Shown here: in pieces, positions 8,277 through 17,574 of the stretch
Layout of the letters: the number at the start of each line of letters is the position of its first letter
How positions within the stretch are numbered: the stretch's first letter is position 1
From: an uncultured Acidobacterium sp.
Lineage (GTDB): Bacteria; Acidobacteriota; Vicinamibacteria; Vicinamibacterales; UBA2999
Assembly (NCBI GenBank): GCA_964495855.1
Contig: CAZBYY010000002.1
Coordinates: forward strand, 1-36,662
Direction: 5' to 3'
DNA length: 36,662 nt
The notes under the pieces: model-generated
Told to the model about the DNA's origin: nothing
Databases searched by the model: none
What the model saw: the letters and a program-made list of their open reading frames with translations, nothing else
Position numbers and translations under genes: made by a program

Positions 8277-9050
8277 CTCGTGCTTGCCGATCAGGTAGCC
8301 GCGCTCGACGCGCAAGGCGGCGAGAGTCGGCGCAAGCTGTTCGCGAATTGCGTCGAGGTGCGGACGCACGTTGATCGCCACACCGTCGCGCGCGGCATGT
8401 TCGATCGTGCGCGCGACGTCGGCGATCGCCACCGCGCCGAGCGTGGCCGCCCCCGCCTTCAAGGTGTGGGCCGCGCGCTCGACCTCGCCCGAAGCGCCGG
8501 CAGTGGTCATCGACTCGATGCGCGCGATCAGGTCCGGCGTGTTGGTTTCAAACAGGTCGATCAGCGATCCGATCAGATCCGTGCCTCGATCCGTCGACAA
8601 GCCGACCAGTTGGCGCATCGCGCGTTGATCGACACGGACGCCACCCTGGGCAGGAGCGCCAGGCGCCGCCGGACCAGGCGCGGGCTCGCGCGTCAACAGG
8701 CCGCGCATCGCCGATGCGAATTCGGCCGGATCAAACGGCTTGGTGTAAATGCCGGCGGCGCCGAGTTTCTGCAATCGCGCCACTTCATCAGGCATGGCTT
8801 TCGCGGTCAGGAACACGATCGGCGTCGTTGCCGTCTCCGGCCGCTGGCGCAAGGCCTCGAACACCGTCGGGCCGTCCATGTCCGGCATCATCACGTCGAG
8901 GACGATGGCGTCGAACGGCTGGGAGGCGGCGAGCCGTAGCGCCTCGCTGCCGTTGGCCGCTTCGACGACCTCGAAGCCCGCCAGCTGCCGCAGCGACAAT
9001 CGCGCCACCGTGCGCGCGTCGATTTCATCGTCTACAAGAAGTATCTTCAC
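8265..9050 (-). CDS. Response-regulator receiver fused to a histidine phosphotransfer (Hpt) domain
   Basis: From GTG 9050 (alternative GTG 9059) the product starts VKILLVDDEID. Receiver motifs are AIVLDVMMPDMDG, IVFLTAK and IYTKPFD. A Pro/Ala linker is followed by the Hpt motif RAAHTLKAGAATLGA. The N-terminal 125 codons of track ORF 8265..9425 overlap the H-NOX gene and are rejected. Confidence 0.85.
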   Translation of the reverse strand: MKILLVDDEIDARTVARLSLRQLAGFEVVEAANGSEALRLAASQPFDAIVLDVMMPDMDGPTVFEALRQRPETATTPIVFLTAKAMPDEVARLQKLGAAGIYTKPFDPAEFASAMRGLLTREPAPGPAAPGAPAQGGVRVDQRAMRQLVGLSTDRGTDLIGSLIDLFETNTPDLIARIESMTTAGASGEVERAAHTLKAGAATLGAVAIADVARTIEHAARDGVAINVRPHLDAIREQLAPTLAALRVERGYLIGKHESGR

Positions 9051-9086
9051 TGCCGTCACTCGGGTGTGAAAGGTAGGATAAGTCAG

Positions 9087-9644
9087 ATGTACGGTCTGGT
9101 AAACCGTGCCATCGAACAGATGGTGCGATCGGAACACGGCGACGAGACGTGGCAGCGCATCAAGGAGCGCGCCGGCGTGACGGTCGAAGTGTTCATCAGC
9201 ATGGACAGCTATCCCGATGCGACTTCGTACGCGCTGGTCGGCGCGGCCAGCGAGATCCTCGGGCAGCCCGCCGATGCCCTGCTGGAGGCGTTCGGCGAGT
9301 ACTGGACGCTCTACACAGCGGAGCAGGGATACGGGGACCTGTTTCGGAAGGGCGGCACGTCGTTTCCGAGCTTCATGCAGAACCTGCATTCGCTCCACAC
9401 GAACGTGGGCCACTTGTTTCCGCACCTGCAGCCGCCCTCGTTCTGGTGCACGGATGTGACCAGCACGTCGATGCGCTTACACTACCAGTCGACCCGACAC
9501 GGGTTTACCCCGATGGTCGTGGGTCTCGTGCGCGGCCTTGGCCGCATGTTCGACACCGACGTCACGATCACCGTCGAACGCACGCGCGAACACGGCGCGC
9601 CGCATGACGAATTCCTGATCGAGTATCGCGCGCGTACTGCCTGA
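9087..9644 (+). CDS. Stand-alone H-NOX (heme nitric oxide/oxygen binding) sensor protein
   Basis: MYGLVNRAIEQMVRSEHGDETWQRIKERAG is a canonical H-NOX N-terminus. The proximal His context is NLHSLHTNV (His104, nt 9396-9398). The heme-propionate motif Y-x-S-x-R is HYQSTR (Tyr133 at nt 9483). AGG-rich RBS aaaggtagga lies upstream. Confidence 0.9.
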   Translation: MYGLVNRAIEQMVRSEHGDETWQRIKERAGVTVEVFISMDSYPDATSYALVGAASEILGQPADALLEAFGEYWTLYTAEQGYGDLFRKGGTSFPSFMQNLHSLHTNVGHLFPHLQPPSFWCTDVTSTSMRLHYQSTRHGFTPMVVGLVRGLGRMFDTDVTITVERTREHGAPHDEFLIEYRARTA

Positions 9645-12085
9645 TGGCCGTCAGCCTCTCCTCCTCGTCGGTGAGCGATCTGTTCCCCTTCCACGTCGCG
9701 TGCGACGGGGAGCTGCGGATCGTCCAAGCCGGCAGGAACTGGCCGAGCGTCAGCCCGGCCGTCGCGGTTGGTGCACGCATGGACGAGTGCTTCGAGCTCG
9801 TGCGGCCGCACCTGCCGCTGGCGGTCGAGACCTTCCGCAAGCTGCGCGGCACGGCGATCACGCTCCGCTGCCGTTCGAACAACCTTCGGCTCAAGGGACA
9901 GATGATCGCCGCGGAGGGCAGCGGCCAGTGGCTGTTCGTCGGCAGTCCGGCGATCGGCAGCATCGACGACCTCGCGACGTTCGGACTCACGCTCGATCAG
10001 TGGCCGGCGCATGAATCGGCGCCTGATTTCCTGTTCGTGCTCCAGGCCAAGGACGCCGCACTCGCCGATGCGCGGGCGCTGTCGGAGCGGCTCGACTGGC
10101 AGCGGGCCGAGCTCGAGCGCGCGACGGCGGCGCTGTCGGACGCGATGGCCCAGCGCGAATCGGCGCGCAGCGCCGCCGCCAATCGCGAGGCCTGGATTCG
10201 GGCCGTGGTCGATTCCGCCCTCGATGCGGTGATCGCCATCGACAGGCATGGAGTGGTCACGCTGTGGAGCGCGCAGGCCGAAGCGATCTTCGGCTGGAGT
10301 TCGGCCGAGTCGATCGGCCGCCGGCTCGACGAATTGATCGTGCCGCCGCAATACCGAGAGGCGCATCGGATCGGGCTGGCGCGCTACCTGGACACGGGCG
10401 AGGCGCACGTGCTCAATCGCCGCATCGAGTTGCTCGCGCTGCGCAAGAGCGGCGAAGAATTTCCGGTCGAGCTCGCGATCGCGCCGATTGATGACCGCGG
10501 GCACCTCGGCTTCAGCGCGTTCGTCAGCGACATCACCACTCGCCGCAGCAGCGAGCAACTGCTCCACCTGCAGCGCACAGTACCGCAGATCCTGGCCGGG
10601 GCGGCCACGATACACGATGCGGCGCGGCCGCTCCTCGAGGTGGTGTGCCGCTCGATGGGATGGGACGCCGGCGCGCTCTGGCTTGAACCAACGCAGGGCG
10701 AGGCCGCGGAGTGCGTGGGCACGTGGACCGGCGACCGCCAGCTGGAGGCCTTTGCCGCCGCACTCCAATCGCAGGATGCAGACGCCGCCGTTGACGCCGT
10801 TCCGCTCGCCCTCGCTGTGCCGATTGTCACGTCGCACGGCCTGCCCGCATGGGGCGATCACGGTGGCGGCCGATCGATCGGCGCGATGCGCTTCTACTCG
10901 CGCCGCGCCGCGCCGGTCGCGACCGACGTGGTCGCCGCCCTCGCCGGTGTCGCGAGCCAGCTCGGCCAGTTCATCGAACGCAGCCGCGCCCAACAGGACA
11001 GCGCACAGGCCGCACAGCGTCTCCGCTCCGTCGTCGACAACATGCTCGAAGGGCTCGTGCTCGTCGATGATCAGTTGCGCATCGTCGAGGCCAACCCGGC
11101 GTTCGCGAAGATGTTTGGTTACGAGCCGTTCGACCTGGTCGGGCGCTCGATCATCGAGATGATGCCGGACCGTCCCGAGTACCGCGATCAGGAAAACCTG
11201 ACCATGATGTACCGGCAGTCGCTCGGGCGAGTGTCGGAACACGAGGGCCGGCGGCGCAACGGCGCGGAGTTCCCGATCCAGCTGCAGGTGTACGAAGTCA
11301 CCACCGCCGATGGCGTGTTGATCGCCGGTCACGTGCGCGACCTGTCGCAGGAACGGCAGGCCGATCGATTGAAGAAGCAGTTCGTCGCGTCGGTCAGTCA
11401 CGAACTGCGCACGCCGCTGACGGCGATTCGCGGCTCGCTTGGCCTGCTGGCGCTCGGCGCCCTTGGTCCGCTCGAAGATGAGGCGAGGGAAGTCGTGAAC
11501 ATGGCCGAGCGCAATACCACGCGCCTCGTCGGCATCATCAACGACCTGCTCGACATCGAGCGTTTGCAGGCCGGCATGTTCACGCTGAGCCGGGCGGCAT
11601 TTCCTATCGATCGTGCCATCACCCGCGCGCGTGAAGCGATCGCCGCCATTGCCAGCGAGCAGGACATCACCATTGTCGAACCGCAGAGCGGCATCGAGGC
11701 GTGGGGCGACGAGTCGCGTGTCGTGCAGGTGCTCGTCAACTTGATCGGCAATGCGATCAAGTTCTCGCCGCGCGGATCGAGCATCGAGATCCACGTGACG
11801 CAACGCAAATCGGAGATCCGCGTCCAGGTGCGCGACCACGGCCGGGGGATCCCCGAGGAAATGCTGGCCGTCGTGTTCGAGCCGTTCCGCCAGGTGGAAG
11901 CATCCGACGCTCGCACCAAGGGTGGATCCGGCGTCGGCCTGGCCATCTGCCGCGGCATCATCGAGCAGCACGGCGGCACGATCGGTGTCGACAGTCGTCT
12001 TGGCGACGGCGCGACGTTCTGGTTCACCCTGCCGTCGAAACCCATTTCCGCAGCCGCGGCGACAGCGCCGGCTGTAGTAGCCTGA
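9644..12085 (+). CDS. Sensor histidine kinase: HNOBA (H-NOX-associated) - coiled coil - PAS - GAF - PAS - HisKA - HATPase_c, no receiver
   Basis: ATG 9644 overlaps the H-NOX stop (TGATG). The N-terminus LFPFHVACDGELRIVQAG...LVRPH...LRLKGQMI...WLFVGSPAIGSIDDL..FGLTLDQWPAH closely parallels the H-NOXA/PAS-like domain of soluble guanylate cyclase. The H-box is SVSHELRTPLTAI, the N-box NLIGNAIKFSP, G1 DHGRGIP and G2 GGSGVGLAICRGI. Confidence 0.9.
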   Translation: MAVSLSSSSVSDLFPFHVACDGELRIVQAGRNWPSVSPAVAVGARMDECFELVRPHLPLAVETFRKLRGTAITLRCRSNNLRLKGQMIAAEGSGQWLFVGSPAIGSIDDLATFGLTLDQWPAHESAPDFLFVLQAKDAALADARALSERLDWQRAELERATAALSDAMAQRESARSAAANREAWIRAVVDSALDAVIAIDRHGVVTLWSAQAEAIFGWSSAESIGRRLDELIVPPQYREAHRIGLARYLDTGEAHVLNRRIELLALRKSGEEFPVELAIAPIDDRGHLGFSAFVSDITTRRSSEQLLHLQRTVPQILAGAATIHDAARPLLEVVCRSMGWDAGALWLEPTQGEAAECVGTWTGDRQLEAFAAALQSQDADAAVDAVPLALAVPIVTSHGLPAWGDHGGGRSIGAMRFYSRRAAPVATDVVAALAGVASQLGQFIERSRAQQDSAQAAQRLRSVVDNMLEGLVLVDDQLRIVEANPAFAKMFGYEPFDLVGRSIIEMMPDRPEYRDQENLTMMYRQSLGRVSEHEGRRRNGAEFPIQLQVYEVTTADGVLIAGHVRDLSQERQADRLKKQFVASVSHELRTPLTAIRGSLGLLALGALGPLEDEAREVVNMAERNTTRLVGIINDLLDIERLQAGMFTLSRAAFPIDRAITRAREAIAAIASEQDITIVEPQSGIEAWGDESRVVQVLVNLIGNAIKFSPRGSSIEIHVTQRKSEIRVQVRDHGRGIPEEMLAVVFEPFRQVEASDARTKGGSGVGLAICRGIIEQHGGTIGVDSRLGDGATFWFTLPSKPISAAAATAPAVVA

Positions 12086-12090
12086 GGCGC

Positions 12091-13469
<1,379 letters not shown>

Positions 13470-13476
<7 letters not shown>

Positions 13477-15209
13477 GACGTCGATCGCCAGTTGGCGACG
13501 AGCGTGACGGGAGCGGCGTGATCCTGCTGGGCAGGCACGTTGATCACGAATCGCCCGTCGCTCGACACGTCGTAGGCGCGGATGGATGCGCCCGCATCGA
13601 AGAGCCGCGTCAATGAGCGCACGTCCGATCCATTGATCACCGCCGCATGCATCTCGCTGCCGCGGCGGAAGTAGAGTTCCCGGCCGTCGTGGCTCCAGCG
13701 CGGCTCGGTTCCACCCGCGGTGGTCACGCGCATGCGCGCCCCCGGTTTCGGAAACGTGTCCACGTAAATGTCGAACTGCCCTGACTCATCGGACGCGTAG
13801 GCGAGCGTGCGGCCATCCGGCGAGATCGCGCCGTAGACCTGGTTGAACGCGCCGGTGAAGTAGGGGCGTGCGTGTTCGCCCTCGACGGGAGGCTGCAGCC
13901 ACAAATCGTCGCCGGTGTCTGCGTTGCGACGCCCGATGACGAGCGTGTTGCCATCGCGAGACCAATCCCAGACCTGCAACGGCGCATCGAACGTCGCGAT
14001 CGTTTGCTCGGGCAACACCGCCCCGGCGCCGCGAATCATCACCTTGCTGCGTTGTGCCGCCCACGCGATCCGCAATCCATCTGGTGACCACACGCCGCTC
14101 TCGTCCGCATCCGTCGAAAGCGAGAGGCGTGTCGGCGCCGGCTGGGTTGGCGTGCGAATGACGACATCGAGCGTCCGAAACTGGCGGTCGACCTCGGTGA
14201 CGACGAGTCGACGTCCGTCGGGGGCGATGCGCAGGTCCCACGCGTCGAGGGGCTCGCTCGCCCAGCCATCGAGCGTGCCTTCTCGGGTCACACGTTTCAA
14301 CTGCCGCAGCATCGTGGAAGGGGCGCCGTAGATCAGCGCATCCGCCGACACGGTTGCGAAGATCTGGCCGAGCGGGCCTCGGCCGACCCGCAGTGCGGCC
14401 ACGCGAGCGGTGCCCGTGGGCTCGAGCGTCGCCGGATCAATCCGCTGCGCCATCAGTGCGAGATCCTTCAGGTAGAACATCGTCTCGCCCCAGACGAGGG
14501 CTTGTGAATCCGTGCCGGCGATCCTCCGACGCGTCGATGGCTCCGCAAGGGAGGCGATCCACACACCCGCGCGCGATGCCTCTGACGCCGTCACCAGAAA
14601 CAGGACGTGTACGCCGTCCGAAAGAAACGCCGGCCACGCATGCGCGATCTCGCCGTTGGCGCGATCGACGGTGGTCAGCGGCGTGATCGATCCATCCGGC
14701 GCCCGATGCATCAGCCCACTGTTGGCGTTCGGCGCAAAGACCATGTCGCCGGCGGCGTTCCACGCGCCGCCGCGACCCGACGGTGCCTCGGCGACGTCAC
14801 TCACGTGGCCGCCCGACAGGTCGATGGTTTTCAGGCGATTCTCGGTGAAGTAGCCAACACGCGATCCATCCGCGGACCAGAACGGCGCCGCGGCGCCGTC
14901 GGTTCCTGCGACCATTCGCGACTCGCCCCGGCGAAGGTCCTCCAGCCACAGCGCGACCAGGCCGTCCTGCGCTGCCGGATAGACGAGCTTCCGACCATCC
15001 GGCGCCAGCGCAAGTCCAAAGGGATAGTCACCGCCGCTGCCGACGTTCACTGAGTCTGGGGGAGACCACTTGCTCTGCAGTGGTTCAGGTGGGCGCGGCG
15101 GCGGTGGTGGCTGTTCCCGCCAATGGCGGATCGCCGGCACCGCCAGCGCGGCTGCCAGCGCAAGCGCAACGACGGCGAGAGTTGATCGATTGCGCATCTG
15201 TTGGGCCAT
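13470..15209 (-). CDS. Membrane-anchored TolB-like beta-propeller (PD40/WD40-like repeat) protein
   Basis: The N-terminal anchor is STLAVVALALAAALAVPAI, followed by a Pro-rich linker PPPPPRPPEP. Repeated PD40-type motifs follow: APDGRKLVY, WSADGSRVGY, IAPDGRRLVV, WSPDGLRIAW, ISPDGTLAY-like and WSHDGRELYF. The start is taken at ATG 15209; the track start is 15230. Confidence 0.75.
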
Positions 15210-15287
15210 GACCGCATCGCGAGGTCGCAACGGCCCCGCCGACTCGAATGGTATCCTGTCCCTCAGTCCTTCAGGAGGTTACTGCGA

Positions 15288-15842
15288 ATGCGCACACGTC
15301 TTCTCGCCGCGATCGTGACGATCCTGGCCGTTGCTGCACCCGGCGCCACGGCGGCGTTTGCGCAAGCGGCTGCGCCCTCGCGACGTCCCGACGTGATCTA
15401 CGTGCCGACCCCACAGCCCGTCGTCGAGGCGATGTTGCAGGTGGCCAACGTGACCAGCAAGGACGTGGTCTACGATCTCGGCTGCGGTGACGGTCGCATT
15501 CCGGTGACGGCGGCCCGCAAGTACGGCGCGCACGGCGTCTGCTTCGACATCGATCCGGAGCGCATCAAGGAAGCCACGGCCAACGTGGCCACCAACAACG
15601 TCGGCAACCTCGTGAAGGTCGTGCAAGGCGACCTGTTCGAGCAGGACCTGAGCGGCGCGTCGGTCGTCACGCTCTACCTGCTGCCGTCGCTCAACGTGAA
15701 GCTGATGCCGAAGCTGATGAAGGAATTGAAGCCCGGCACGCGCATCGTGTCGCACGCGTTCGACATGGGCGACTGGAAGCCCGAGAAGGAACTCGACGTC
15801 GAGGGCCGCAAGGTTTACTACTGGACCATCCCGAAGAAGTAG
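15288..15842 (+). CDS. Class I SAM-dependent methyltransferase with an N-terminal signal peptide
   Basis: AGGAGG lies 8 nt upstream of ATG 15288. The signal peptide is MRTRLLAAIVTILAVAAPGATAAFA/QA. SAM motif I is VVYDLGCGDGRI, followed by the acidic post-I residue in CFDIDP. Confidence 0.8.
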   Translation: MRTRLLAAIVTILAVAAPGATAAFAQAAAPSRRPDVIYVPTPQPVVEAMLQVANVTSKDVVYDLGCGDGRIPVTAARKYGAHGVCFDIDPERIKEATANVATNNVGNLVKVVQGDLFEQDLSGASVVTLYLLPSLNVKLMPKLMKELKPGTRIVSHAFDMGDWKPEKELDVEGRKVYYWTIPKK

Positions 15843-15909
15843 GCACGAGGCCGCGGCACTGACTCGACGCGCCTTCCTGTCTCTCGCTGCGGTCCTGGCC
15901 GCAGGCGCC

Positions 15910-17550
15910 TTGCTGCTCGCTGCCAGCGGCGGGTTTCGCACCACCGTTGGCGGCATCCGTCTTTCAGCGCGGTCGCCCGTTCCCGTCGCCGCCGTAGCCG
16001 TCGCCTACGGCGCTGCGTGGTTGGCCGCCGCGCGCAGACGCAACGCGGTTGCGAGCGATCTCGAATGGGCGTGGGCCGCGACCGAGCGCCGGTCGCGGGT
16101 GATCATCATCACCATCACGCTCAGTAGCGCCTTGCTGTCCGCGGTGTTCGAGACGAGGTCGGCTGCCGGCGCCGACGCGTCGGGCTACCTCAGCGAAGCG
16201 GCGATGCTGGCGCGTGGCGAGCTCTTTCATCAGGATGATCTCTTCGAGATCGTCGCCGGCCACGATCCCTTCCTCACCTCGCCGCTTGGGTGGCGGCCGT
16301 CGCCGGGTGGCGCGCGCCAATCGCCGACGTATCCGCCAGGGCTGCCGATGCTCATGGCCGTGCCGCACGCGATGGCCGGCATTGATGGCGCGTCGATCCT
16401 CGTCGTGGTGTCGGGGATGGTCGCCGTCGCTGCCACCGCGGCGATCGCCTTCCGTCTCGCGGGCGCAACCGCCGCGATCCTTGCCGCGATGCTGATCGCG
16501 TTCGCGCCGATCTTCATCCACCAGTCGATTCAACCGATGAGCGACGTGCCGGTCACCGCCGCGTGGATGCTGTGCTTCTTCTGCGCGATGACGAACCGCT
16601 CGCTCTCGGCCGGCGTCGCGTGCGCATTCGCGGTGTTGATTCGCCCCAACCTCGCGCCGCTGGCAATCGTGCCGCTCGTCGTCGTCGAGCGACGCGTCGC
16701 ATTCGCGATTCCCGTGGCGATCGCTGCGGCCGTGCTTGCTGCCCTGCAGTCCGCGTGGTACGGATCGCCCTTGCGGTCCGGCTATGGATCGACCGATGAA
16801 CTCTTCGCCTGGTCGAACATCGCGGGCAATGTTCCTCGCTACGCGTCGTGGTTTCTTTCGACGGCGCCGGCGCTGGCGATGGGCCTGCTGGGCAGCGTGC
16901 GACTCCGTACAAATCGCAGCGCCCAGGCCCTCGCCGTGTTTGCGGCGATGGTGATTGCCGCGTACCTCGTCTACGCCGTGTTCGATGACTGGTCGTACTT
17001 ACGATTCCTCCTGCCGGCGTTGGGCGCATTCGCGGTGCTGGCGGCAGTCGAATTGGCGGCGTGGATCGATCGATCGCCGATCGTGATGCGACCGCTGCTG
17101 CTGTTCGCCGTGGTCGCCGCGGTCACGACGCACGCGATGTGGTGGATGCAGCGCGCGGGCACCTTCGACCTGGCCGATCAACTTCGTCGCGTCTCCCAAG
17201 TGGCTGCCGTGATCAGTGATCGCACTCCAGCGCAGTCGGCCATCGTGTCGGGCGAGCAGAGCGGAGCGATGCGCTACTACACGCATCGGCCGATCATTCG
17301 ATGGGAGGCCGCCACGGCGTCGGCGTTGACCGATGCGGTCGCCTTCCTCCGCAAAACGAACCGTCCCGTTTTCGTCGTCCTCGATGCGTGGGAAGAAGGT
17401 CCCTTCCGCACCAAGCTCGGTGACGCACTGCCGTTGAACTGGCCTCCGATGCTCGACGCAGGAACGTCACACCGCACGCGGGTGTGGGCGCTCGCCGACC
17501 GCGATCGTTTTCGTAATGGCGAGCACGTCGACACCGTCCGAATCCCCTGA
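15910..17550 (+). CDS. GT-C fold integral-membrane glycosyltransferase (ArnT/PMT_2-like; family assignment tentative)
   Basis: It has about 12 hydrophobic segments. The first loop, ADASGYLSEAAMLARGE, resembles the D/E-x-x-x-Y-x-E-x-A-x-x-M loop of ArnT/PMT-like enzymes. A C-terminal soluble domain of about 120 aa follows. TTG 15910 is the first start in the frame, so the true start is uncertain. Confidence 0.5.
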   Translation: MLLAASGGFRTTVGGIRLSARSPVPVAAVAVAYGAAWLAAARRRNAVASDLEWAWAATERRSRVIIITITLSSALLSAVFETRSAAGADASGYLSEAAMLARGELFHQDDLFEIVAGHDPFLTSPLGWRPSPGGARQSPTYPPGLPMLMAVPHAMAGIDGASILVVVSGMVAVAATAAIAFRLAGATAAILAAMLIAFAPIFIHQSIQPMSDVPVTAAWMLCFFCAMTNRSLSAGVACAFAVLIRPNLAPLAIVPLVVVERRVAFAIPVAIAAAVLAALQSAWYGSPLRSGYGSTDELFAWSNIAGNVPRYASWFLSTAPALAMGLLGSVRLRTNRSAQALAVFAAMVIAAYLVYAVFDDWSYLRFLLPALGAFAVLAAVELAAWIDRSPIVMRPLLLFAVVAAVTTHAMWWMQRAGTFDLADQLRRVSQVAAVISDRTPAQSAIVSGEQSGAMRYYTHRPIIRWEAATASALTDAVAFLRKTNRPVFVVLDAWEEGPFRTKLGDALPLNWPPMLDAGTSHRTRVWALADRDRFRNGEHVDTVRIP

Positions 17551-17574
17551 CGACGGTCTACAATCGTCTTTCAA

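Noticed and set aside
9066-9086. GTG 9066 as the H-NOX start (track ORF start).
   Set aside because: H-NOX domains characteristically begin with MYG at the very N-terminus. ATG 9087 gives exactly that and has a purine-rich RBS (aaaggtagga) in front.
9482-11971. Very long minus-strand ORF (829 aa) opposite the histidine kinase. Similar giants lie at 20839-22908 (-), 23270-24781 (-), 6474-8093 (-), 31113-32570 (+), 32125-33576 (+) and 398-1396 (-).
   Set aside because: Their translations are low-complexity Arg/Ala/Pro/Gly/His-rich strings with no recognisable motifs. Each lies antisense to a gene with strong family signatures. This is the usual stop-codon-poor shadow-frame artefact of high-GC DNA.
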